Shown in pieces: positions 1-10,537 of a stretch of 64,000 bases of DNA. Below the pieces are notes generated by a model. It did no database searches. It saw only the letters and a program-made list of their open reading frames with translations, and was not told the origin of the DNA. Both the position numbers and the translations under genes were made by a program. The stretch lies in the NCBI RefSeq assembly GCF_009914755.1, contig NC_060944.1; one strand, 5' to 3'. Position 1 is the stretch's first letter. Each line of letters starts with the position of its first letter. The stretch is from the human T2T-CHM13v2.0 reference genome, Homo sapiens.

Positions 1-239
1 CAGGCCTCTAGGTCCCACTAATCTGATCACTGTGGCTGTGGCTGCATGCAGGTGCCTGAGGCTGGGATTAGACAGAGCCCCTTCTCCCTGCCCAGCACAC
101 AGCCGCACAGCTGCTTCTTCCTGTCCAACAGGCAACACTCCAAAGCAGGCAGAATTGACCTTATAGTAACCATTCCCAACCTAAAGCCTTCCTAGCAAAT
201 CAAACACATCACCCTCCTCCCTCACCACCCCATCTGCAC

Positions 240-540
240 ATACATGGACAACTACGTAAACTCACTTGGACCCCTCATCCCCATGGATCTATGTACAAAG
301 CCCCATACACCCCCCACACATCCATGCACAGGCACACATGCTCCCATCCACCTCCCTGCACACACTGGCACAGGTGTGTACACACGTGCACCTTTCCACA
401 TGCACACCTACATGCACACCCCCCCATAAGTACATGAACACGTACACATCCATGCATACACGGCTCCCCACATACCCACCTGCACACACACACCCTCCAA
501 ACATGTGTAGGGCAGAGGCTGACACATACGCACCCCTCTG
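240..540. repeat. Degenerate (CA)-rich low-complexity tract in CST1 intron 2
   Basis: CACAC/CATGCAC repeats; a paralogous tract lies at ~25280-25670. Confidence 0.75.
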
Positions 541-579
541 CAGTGCATGACTGGCCCGGGACCTGCATCAGGAACGTAC

Positions 580-693
580 CTTCTGCAGTTCTGGCTGTTC
601 ATGGAAGGCACAGGTGTCCAAGTTGGGCTGGGACTTGGTACATATGGTTCGGCCCACCTCTACGTCGAAGAAGTAATTCACCCCCCCAACGGT
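580..693 (-). CDS. CST1: Cystatin-SN coding exon 2 ([38 protein letters not shown])
   Basis: 114-bp open exon with AG acceptor (694-695) and GT donor (578-579). It completes the QTVGG (QxVxG) loop and contains the first Cys pair. Exon 3 is not in the window. Confidence 0.97.
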
Positions 694-2202
694 CTGCACA
701 CAGGAGAAAACAGGACAGCGCCCCCATCAGTTCATGCACTCACAGGCACTTCACTGTGGCTGAGTCACTGGACTTGCTTGGGGGCTTCGTGAGCTGCCCA
801 CATGTCAACACAAGGCACACAAGCCCCCTCTTCCTGTCAACTGGCAGGGTGCTGAGCCTCATACCCGCTCTTAAACATTGCTTTCTCTGTGCTGGGTAAA
901 AGGATTCATTGAATTCTGCTGTCTGTGGCTCAGGGGCGAGGGAACACTGACTCTTTTCTAGGAAGTCTGTCTGATGACAAAATTTCACCTAACTTCTGAA
1001 AATCTTATTCCCTCCATTTAACATAGATTTATTACTTCACTCAGAGTAGGAAATGAGATGCTTCACACACACAGATATTTTGGATCAATGGGGCCGCCCG
1101 GATGCCACCATTTCAAGTGTGAGATTCAAGATACATTTCTCAAGTCAGCAGCACACCTGCGTGTCTTACAGTTGCAGATTAGAATTGAACCCTTTCCCTG
1201 CATAGGGCCTTTCCCAGACACAATGTGGCAGAGCTGTGGAGAAACCTGGGATGAGGGACTCTCTGGAACCAGGAGGAACTGCTGAGATCCCTCGAGTGTC
1301 AGTTTACCCATGTCTAAAATAGGCTTCTGGGCCTGATGGTCTGCAATGCCCTGTGCTTCACTCCAAGTTACTGTCATGCTTGAAAGGGAGATGCAGGCCA
1401 GCGGGGACCACGGCACCAGGGAGTGTATCTCGTATGCAGGGAGAGAGCCCCAGCTGACAGCTGCAAGAGGAGAAACGGGGCTGGTGGGGATTCCTTTGAA
1501 TTTCCAGGAGAAGGTGGAGGAGCTCTAAAGACTGTGTCACTATTTGCTGCTGTGCCATGGGATGCAGGTCAAGCTGGGCCCAGTTGCCCTGCTGAAGCTC
1601 CCTCCCGACCTGACCCCTCCTCTGCTCTGCTGGGTGACCACTGTCCTCATCTGGCTGAGGTCTAACTGCATCAGCTGGTAGAGGCAGGGTCAGGCATGCT
1701 CCACCCCAGCAGGGACTCAGCGCCCTGGGCTGTAGGGGTTTGTCAGCCGGCCTGAGGGTGAAGGCCGCTAGCCATAAGGGGCTGTGCCCAGGGGCGTGAC
1801 TTGGGGAAGCAGGGCTCTGCAGAACAGTGAGCCAGGTTCCTGTGTGGCCCCTGCAGAGAGGACTCAGGGAGGAGTATGAACCTCATGGCCTGGATCTCAT
1901 CCTGAGCAGCATCAAGCCCACCCAGAGTAAGCACAGTCTCCATCCACACCTGCTGGACCCTGGGAAATGCCACAGTCATGGTACAGACACAGTGGCTGCT
2001 GCAGGTTAAAGGAAGCTGAGTTTGTGCACGGCCGGGGAGCGTGCTTAGGCATGAAGGGCATCAGCGGAGAGCCAGGGAAAGCTGAATGAATCTGAGCATT
2101 AGATCATGAATGTATCAGTGTTGATTTGCTGGGAATGCTCTTGGGGGTTGGGGAACAAACCAGGCTGGGACCCAGGACCCCTGGGGTGGAGGGAGCACCT
2201 AC

Positions 2203-2430
2203 CTGTTGCCTGGCTCTTAGTACCCGCAGCGGACGTCTGTAGTAGTCATCTTTGGTGGCCTTGTTATACTCGCTGATGGCGAAGTGAAGGGCACGCTGTA
2301 CCCACTCATCATTGAGGTCTGCGTTATAGATGCCACCCGGGATTATCCTATCCTCCTCCTTGGGGCTCCAGGCCAGGGCCACAGCTAGGGTGGCCAGCAG
2401 GAGCAGCAGGGTACTCAGATACTGGGCCAT
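2203..2430 (-). CDS. CST1: Cystatin-SN coding exon 1 (signal peptide + N-terminus, MAQYLSTLLLLLATLAVALAWSPKEEDRIIPGG...RARQQ)
   Basis: ATG at 2430, 76 codons, GT donor at 2201-2202. Residues MAQ, WSPKEEDRIIP, YNAD, TKDDYY and RARQQ distinguish it from CST2 and CST4. Confidence 0.97.
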
Positions 2431-2521
2431 GGTCTCCTCAGAGGCAGAGCACAAAGCTGGAGCTGCAGGAGAGGAGGGTGAGAGCCCGAGGCAGGGAGCC
2501 CAGACCAGCAGGCAGGTGTGC

Positions 2522-2528
2522 ATTTATC
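2522..2528 (-). promoter_or_regulatory. CST1 TATA-like box (GATAAAT)
   Basis: Lies ~95 bp upstream of the ATG and is conserved at the equivalent position in the pseudogene (~27831-27837). Confidence 0.7.
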
Positions 2529-3154
2529 CTGCTTTGGCAGCCCAGCCCCACCCACCTCCATGCCCCACCCCTGACTCCTCCTCCTCTTTCTGCCCATCCC
2601 CTCTTTCTCCATCTCTCTTTTCACTCCCCCGCTACTACAAGCTCCTTTCCTGCCTAAGTTCCCCCTGCCCCTCCCAGGCCTCCTCCTCCATCTCCCCCTC
2701 CTCCCCACTCCAGTCCTCACTGCAGCCTCCCCGAGCCATGCCTCTCTTCCCCAGTGCTCCCAAGCTTGAGTCACCCAGGTCTCCACAGAGGTGACACTGG
2801 TCCTTTGACTGTGAAAGCTATGTGACTTCCTGTTTGCTCAGAAAGGGGAAAAATACAGGGCTTGGCCTCCCAGGGTCTTCAGATATCAGGGGCATCCAGG
2901 AGCACTTGGTCACAGTCTCTGAATCTCTGGAACAGGGAGATTATTTCAGAAAGTTCCAGAAGACCCTGTCCATACCCTAATGTGGAGAATTTCTTTGCCA
3001 AATTTAAGGGAATTAACCTTTTTGGAAAAGGTCACTGGATTCTCTTTTCATAATTCATTATTCAATAAGCAAACCTATCACCAGCTACTCCCCGTGCCAG
3101 GAGGTCTAGGGCTTGAAGACGGAACCTGGATGATGAGCCATAGAGGTGACATTG

Positions 3155-3478
3155 CAGAGCTGCTGCCCAACAGACATGTGACACGAACTCACGAGCAATT
3201 GAAAATTTCTAGTAGATGCATTTTAAAAGATGAGAATAAATGGGTGAAAGTAATGTTTAAAATATTTATTTAACCTTATATAGCCACAATGTGATTTCAG
3301 CTAATGGGAACAATTATTAATGAGATCGTTTATGTTTTTTTTTTTTTTTTTTTCTTTTTTGGTTTTGTAAATCTTTGAAATTCCCTGTGTATTTTTAACA
3401 CTTAGACCAGAAGTAATTTTGGACTGGCCCCATTTCAAGTATCCTGTGGCACATGTGGCTGGTTCTATGGAACTGCAT
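3155..3478 (+). mobile_element. MER33-like hAT DNA transposon remnant
   Basis: Similar to the MER33 consensus (aatttctagtag...gcacatgtggct); paralogous copy at ~28490-28780. Confidence 0.6.
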
Positions 3479-5655
3479 AGTCCATTCCTACACAATGTGT
3501 GTAGGGGATGGTAGGTTACGATCAAAAATTAGGGTCAGGGAGTTATGCTCACTCTTTTGGAAGTGAAATAGAACAGGGGCTAGAGAGAGACCACTGGACC
3601 CTGGTCAGGGTGGTCTCTATGAGACTGGAGAGGTTGAGAAGCCCCAGGCAGTGGGGAACAGCCAGTGCAAAGGCCCTGAGGTGGGGTTGGGACATGCCTG
3701 CTCCAGAAAGTGGAAGCTCCTGGAGGGGGTATGAGGAGGGAAGGGAACGACCTGGAGTCTCACAGTAAATGTGGGTGGGGCCCGGTGGAAGGTGCACGGA
3801 GACCCCTGTCAGGCAGTGGGGGTGTCAGGAAAGGGAGCAGCAGCCACGGGATGAATGTGGGAACCCACAGGTCTCTCTTGCTTCTGTCCTAGGCAGCCAT
3901 GCTTCAGGCTCCTTTCCTCTGTGCACTGCTTGGAAGACTCACCTGATATTTTAAAAATTGCCTTAAATGAGGTAGAATTTGCATACAATAAAATGCCTAA
4001 TAGTATGTGCTCAATCTGGGGTGTTTCATAAATGCATACACTTGTGTTACCACTTTATCCAGACCTGTGACATCTGCCTTGCCCCAGACAGTATCTTCCT
4101 GCCTTTCCAGCCACCCTCGTGCCCACCCCACCTTGGCAGTCCCCATCCGGCCCCATAGACTCCTTTGTCGCCTGTCCTTGAGCTTCCCAGGAATGGAGTC
4201 CTGCAGAGCGAGCCCATGTGTGTCTTTGTCCTTTGCCCAGTGTGGCTTTCCGGCGGCCCCCGAGTTGCTTCATTGCCAGGATTGTGAGTTCTCCTTCTCC
4301 GCAGACTGAGAGGATTTGGTCAGTTGGGTGTCCTATGGGCTGACAAAGCCCCCAGCTTGGGATGCTGTGGGCCTGGGCTGGAATGTGACTCCAGGAGAGG
4401 AGAGGGTGGAAGGAGGCTCTGAACAGACAGCTGCTCCCTTTGTTCTCTCAACCCCACCCTCCATGCCTGAAGGTGACCCTGTGGCAAATGCCCTTATGGG
4501 GAGGTGGCAGGCTTGGCCAGAAGCTACAGGAAACCCTGGACCTTATCAGGACACCCAGAGGACTCTCCCAGGAGTGGTGGAGGTGAGCGTTGGCCAGTGT
4601 CAGCCCAGACCTGTTTAGAACACTAAACAATACTATAATAAACAAATGACCAAGTGCAGAAACCATCACATAAAGGTGCAAGTGATGAGGACAAGCTGGC
4701 CAAGAGTCATCCTGGGCTGGGACATGGCTGGGGCTGGATCAGCAGGAACCCGGCATTGGGAACCATATTACTCATGGGTGCTCATGTTCAGTATTAGTAC
4801 AGGGAACCTTGTTACCTGAGGCCTGGTGACCATCTCACCCCACTGTGAATCCAGCACCCCTAGAATAGCCGTGCAGCCCGGCAGATACAGCAGGTGTACC
4901 GAAGGTGTTTACTGCTGGGTGAAGGAGGGAAGGTCTTCAAACAAAGCTGCACATATGCCTCCTAGTTAGACAGGAAATGGGGAGAGATTTCCAAAGAAGG
5001 GAAAGAGAGGGAAGTCCCTTACCAGGTGTTTGGGAGCAGAATGGTCATCTCCAAAGGGTAGGAGTTAGTTCTCCTCTGTGGCTCCCACCTTCCTGGGACA
5101 GCTGGGAGTCCAGGCTCAGGAAGACATGCTGTGCAGAGGGTAAACTGAAGGTCAAGCAATCCTCTTGTTTTTTTGTTTGTTTTTGTTTGTTTGTTTTGTT
5201 TTGTTTTAATCATTGGAAAGGAGATGCAGGTAACCCAAATAGCGAGAATGTGCTGGTGGGTGGAGTATGAGGGAGGGAGGCCAGAGTGCTGACCTGTGCC
5301 CTGTATGTGATGACACCACCAGTGGTCATCTTCTGTCTGGACACTGGCATGCACTGCAGGGAGGGTCAGCTGTTCTGATGCAGCAAGCTCTCTAATCCCA
5401 GTAGGAAAAATACCAGTGTACATTGCTCTTAGGAGGAGGTACAAGTGCGATGTCCAGTATGGAGTGATAGGAAGTAGCAGGTTGAGGTAGCGGGCCAGCT
5501 GCTCCAGATGTTTGATGACCTTAGGCAAATGTTGTGTCTGTCATGCATCTGGAGAAAGAGGCTACTTTCTAAAGCATAGTATCTGGGAGTTAAGACCAGC
5601 AGAGATGAGCAGACTTCAGCAGTGATGTATCAACATGGTTAAAAATGATGGAGTA

Positions 5656-5776
5656 GCCAGGTGTGGTACTGCACCTGTAATCCTAGCTTATTAGGAGAGT
5701 GAGTCAGGAAGATTCCTTGAGTCTAGAAGTTCAGTTTCAGCCTGTGCAACACAGTGAAACACCCATCTAAAAAAAA
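5656..5776 (+). mobile_element. Alu monomer (FLAM/FAM-like)
   Basis: gccaggtgtgg...cctgtaatcctagc...cagcctgtgcaacacagtgaaac followed by an A tail. Confidence 0.7.
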
Positions 5777-6356
5777 TGGCAGAACACTTTGTTCCCTGAT
5801 TTCTATAGTCCACAGTTTTAAGGACACACTAGAAGAGGGCCAGATAGCAACCATGGACTGAGGAACAAGCTTGGGGCCTCCAGCACCCATGTAACCTAGA
5901 GGAGTCCAGCTGCCCAGGAGGGGGCATGTTTTCCTTCTGCTAGGTGACAAAAGAGAAAGCTGTGTTCCCCTAGGCTGCACAGGTGAACTGATCTGATTAT
6001 CTGAATTAGTAGGATGAGAAATTAGGTGAGTGGCAGAAGTTCTCTGCAATAAATGACCAATAATAAGTGAACACTAAACAATACCATAATAAATGACCAA
6101 GCGCAGAAAGCATCATGTAAAAGTGCAAGTGGTGAGGACAAGCTGGCCAAGAGTTGAGATTCTGCACAACTGGGTTTTGAGCAACTAACAGTTTGGTCTA
6201 TGGTAGGAGCTGGGACTGAACAGCCACAGGATTTGGTGGCTTCTCAAATGGGAAGCCCAGGAGCCTCCTTTATGGAGTGCCTGGAATTCTCTGGGGTCAA
6301 GCTCATCTCTTTCACACTCCATCCTTCCTTCTTTTCTCCCTCTCCTCACACATCGT

Positions 6357-6466
6357 GGACACGTGGATGCTTCTAAATTATGGGCCCATGTTGGTAACAC
6401 ATTTGGCTCTGCTAGGACATGTGGATGCTTCTAAACTATGGGCCCATGTTGGTACCACATTTGGCT
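6357..6466. repeat. 58-bp tandem duplication (~1.9 copies)
   Basis: ggacaYgtggatgcttctaaaYtatgggcccatgttggtaMcacatttggct occurs twice. Confidence 0.85.
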
Positions 6467-7118
6467 TTTCCACATCATTAGGAAACTGATACTCATGGGG
6501 AAGCCTGCTGGCAGCCCCGGCTGGGAAAGGCAAGAGAGGGCAGAGCCCAGTGTCAGGTCTGATTGTTTTGCACTCCGTGGGGAGAAAGAGAATCCTTTCT
6601 CTCAGGGACCAGCACATGAATGGTATTCCTGGCTCTGGAGTACAAGTTAACATTTATTTTTCAAAAATCAAAAAGAGCATTTGTCAGTGCAGATTCACTG
6701 ACTGAAGAACCACATATGAATGGAGGGGAGTAGGGGCGGCCTCCGGAACTCGGGCTGCTGGCTGCTGCAGCCAGGGATCCATCTGACTCCCTGGGCTACA
6801 GCCTGCAGAGGCCTGGCCATGAGGAAAACAGATGACTCTGAGGAGGTGAGTCATCTCCTTGACATCTCTGGGTGGTCAGACTTTCTTATCCTGTTTGGGT
6901 CACTGCTGGGACTTCCCTGTCACTGTTTGTGTAACCTTAAATATCAATTCCTTTAGCAAAATGCAGTGACTGTGGAGATTGGTTCCTCTTCCTGCTTGGA
7001 ATCCTGTTCAACTCAATCACTGAGTGTTGGAGCTGGAGCCAGAGGCCATCAGGACAGCCCTGCTCCCTCCTGTGGCCCTGCCTGCCCTCTCCTCCTGTCA
7101 CAGAAGAGCTGGATCCAG

Positions 7119-7423
7119 TGACAAGACTCACCTTGACCAAACCCTTGTTAGGCTCCTCTGAGCCTTCCTCTGCCCTGGTCCTCAACCCTAGTCCCCAGCC
7201 CTGGACCTCCTGTTCTTGCGAGGGCTTCATGGCCCAGTTTTAGGAAAGAATCCTGCTAAGTCAGTTTAGAAAGGCTCCCCCCCACCCTTGGTATCTGATC
7301 ACCCTCAACATCTGACCAAGTTCTTCTTTCCTTTGATGTCTAAGGCTTTGTCCTGGCTTTAGCAACAATATTGTTAGGTCAGTTTATCTAGAACCTCCTA
7401 CCTTTGATGTCTCTGCTTAGTAA
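7119..7423 (+). mobile_element. MER31-like ERV1 LTR, 3'-truncated
   Basis: tgacaagactc...ccttgaccaaac...aagaatcctgctaagtcagtttag...gatgtctctgcttagtaatt. Confidence 0.6.
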
Positions 7424-7840
7424 TTCTGTTTGAAACCGTTCCAAAGCTACTTTAATAATGACCCAATCATTCCATACTGTAAGTGAGATGATTTTACCCT
7501 CCCTACTTGCTTGTTTTAATTGTTTTCCAATTTTTCTCCAATCTTTTAGATCTAAAGTTCCCTGTTCTAGAAACCATGGGCAGAATCGTTCTATTGTTTG
7601 AAATAGCGTGATTTGATTTTTTGTAGAAACACTAACTCCCCCACTTTTTACAAAAATTTTAATAGAGCTGAGATAAGAGGCATATTTACTTTAGTTTGCC
7701 CCATTGTTACCCTGGCTTCTTTCGAGCTTACCACAAGGCTGACTGTAGACGTACTCGGGAATCTCTCATCAACTTGTCCTCAGTGACCACGCTTGAGCGT
7801 ACCTTCACCCTAGAGGAAAGCACCCACGTTGGGCACCAGA
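7424..7840 (-). mobile_element. HERV-K(HML-2) internal fragment: Lys PBS, leader with major splice donor, frameshifted gag matrix
   Basis: PBS TGGTGCCCAACGTGG ends at 7838; donor G|GTAAGC at 7726-7731; gag ATG at 7704 (MGQTK, 1-bp loss, then ...CPWFLEQGTLDLKDW...LTVWNDW...FQTE); truncated at ~7424. Confidence 0.9.
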
Positions 7841-8808
7841 TGAAAGGGTGGCCAGCTGCTCAACACCTGTGGGCATTTCTCATTGGGTGGGATGAGAGAC
7901 TGAGAAAAGAAAGAGACACAGAGACAAAGTATAGAGAAAGAAAAGTGGGCCCAGGGGACAAGTGCTCAGCATAGGGAGGACCCACGCTGGCACAGGTCTC
8001 TCCGTTCCCTCAGTATTTATTGATCATTATCTCTACCATCTCAGAGAGGGGGTTGTGGCAGGACAATAGTGTAATAGTGGGGAGATGGTCAGCAGGAAAA
8101 CATGTGAACAAATGTCTCTGTGTCATAAACAAGGTTAGAAAATGTGCTGTGCTTTGATGTGCACATACATAAACATATCTGGTGCATTAAAGAGCAGTAT
8201 TGCCAGCAACATATCTCACCTCCAGCCTGAAGGTGGTTTTCTCCTATCTCAGTAGATGGAACATTCAATTGGGTTTTACAAGTAGATATTCCATTGCCTA
8301 GGGAGTAGCAGGAGACAGATGCCTTCCTCTTATCTCAACTGCAAAGAGGCCTTCCTCTTTCACTAATCCTCCTCAGCACAGACCCTTTACAGGTGTGGGG
8401 TTGGGGGATGGTCAGGTCTTTCCCTTCCCACGAGGCCATATTTCAGACTTTCATATGGGGAGAAACCTTGGACAATACCTGGCTTTCCTAGGAAGAGGTT
8501 CCTGTGGCCTCCTGCAGTGATTTGTGTCCCTGTGTACTTGAGATTAGGGAGTGGTGATGACTTTTAACAAGCATGCTGCCTTCAAGCATTTGTTTAACAA
8601 AGCACGTCCTACCTAGCCCTAAATCCATTAAACCTTGAATCAACACAGCACTTGTTTCTGCCAGCACAGGGTTGGGGGTAGGGTTACAGATTAACAGCAT
8701 CTCAAGGTAGAAGAATTTTTCTTATTACAGAACAAAATGGAGTCTCTTATGTCTACTTCTTTCTACATAGACACAGTAACAGTCTGATCTCTCTTTCTTT
8801 TCCCTACA
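7841..8808 (-). mobile_element. HERV-K(HML-2) 5' LTR (LTR5A/LTR5B-type), 968 bp
   Basis: Starts TGTAGGGAAAAGAAAGAGAGATCAGACTGTTACTG on the minus strand and ends CCCTTTCA immediately before the PBS. Confidence 0.92.
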
Positions 8809-10537
8809 CACATCTACATGGAAACTGAACAACCTGCTCCTAAATGACTACTGGGTAAATAATAAAATGAAGTAAAAAATGAAGATGTTCTTTGAAGCCA
8901 ATGAGAACAAAGACACAACGTACCAGAATCTCTGGGACACATTTAAAGCAGTGTGTAGAGAGAAATTTATAGCACCGAATGCTCACAAGAGAAAGCAGGA
9001 AAGATCTAAAATCGACACCCTAACATCACAATTAAAAGAACTAGAGAAGCAAGAGCAAACAAGTTCAAAAGCCAGCAGAAGACAAGAAGTAACTAAGATC
9101 AGAGCAGAACTGAAGGAGACAGAGACGCAAAAAACCCTTTAAAAAATCAATGAATCCAGGAGCTGTTTTTTCTGAAAAGATCAACAAAATTGATAGACCA
9201 CTAGTAGACTAATAAAGAAGAAAAGAGAGAAGAATCAATAGACCCAATAAAAAATGATAAAGGGAATATCACCACCAATCCCACAGAAATACAAACTACC
9301 ATCAGAGAATACTATAAACAGCTCTATGCAAATAAATTAGAAAATCTAGAAGAAATAGATACATTCCTGGACGCATACACCCTCCCAAGACTAAACCAGG
9401 AAGAAGCTGAATTGCTGAATAGACCAATAACAGGCTCTGAAATTGAGGCAATAATTAATAGCCTACTAACCAAAAAAGCCCAGGACCAGACAGATTCACA
9501 GTTGAATTCTACCAGTGGCACAAAGAGGAGCTGGTACCATTCCTTTTGAAACTATTCCAATCAATAGAAAAAGAGGGAATCCTGCCTAACTCACTTTATG
9601 AGGCCAGCATCATCCTGATACCAAAGCCTGGCAGAGACACAACAAAAAAAGGAGAATTTTAGACCAATATCCTTGATGAATATCGATGTGAAAATCCTCA
9701 ATAAAATGCTGGCAAACCGAATCCAGCAGCACATCAAAAAGCTTATCCAACAAGATCAAGTGGGCTTGATCCCTGGGATGCAAGGCTGGTTCAATATATG
9801 CAAATCAATAAATGTAATCCAGCATATAAACAGAACCAAAGACAAAAACCACATGATTATCTCAATAGATGCAGAAAAGGCCTTTGACAAAATTCAACAG
9901 TGCTTCATGCTAAAAAGTCTCAATAAACTAGGTATTGATGGAATATATCTCAAAATAATAAGAGCTATTTATGACAAACCCACAGCCAATATCATACTGA
10001 ATGGGCAAAAACTGGAAGCATTCCCTTTGAAAACTGGTGCAAGACAGGGATGCCCTCTCTCACCACTCCTATTCAACACAGTGTTGGAAGTTCTGGCCAG
10101 GGCAATCAGGCAGGAGAAGGAAATAAAGGGTATTCAATTAGGAAAAGAGGAAGTCAAATTGTCCCTGTTTGCAGATGGCATGATTGTATATTTAGAAAAC
10201 CCCATCGTCTCAGCCAAAAATCTCCTTAAGGTGATAAGCAAGTTCAGCAAAGCCTCAGGATACAAAATCCACGTGAAAAAATCACAAGAATTCCTATACA
10301 CCGATAACAGACCAACAGAGAGCCAATTGAACAATGAGAACACTTGGACACAGGGCGGGGAACATCACACACTGGGGCCTGTCATGGGGTGGGGGTGTGG
10401 GGGAGGGATAGCATTAGGAGAAATACCTAATGTAAATGATGAGTTAATGGCTGCAGCAAACCAACATGGCACATGTAAACATATGTAAAAAACCTGCACA
10501 TTGTGCACATGTACCCTAGAACTTAAAGTCTAAAAAA
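8809..10537 (+). mobile_element. L1PA fragment (ORF2 part to 3' end) with a large internal deletion
   Basis: ORF2 peptides in ORFs 8879-9142 and 9673-10488 (RT motif FADD changed to FADG); the sequence jumps to the 3'UTR at ~10326; short A tail. Confidence 0.92.

Noticed and set aside
2104-2523. 139-aa ORF as the full CST1 protein
   Set aside because: It starts at an ATG inside the TATA-like box and reads through the exon-1 donor into the intron; the real CDS is spliced and starts at 2430.
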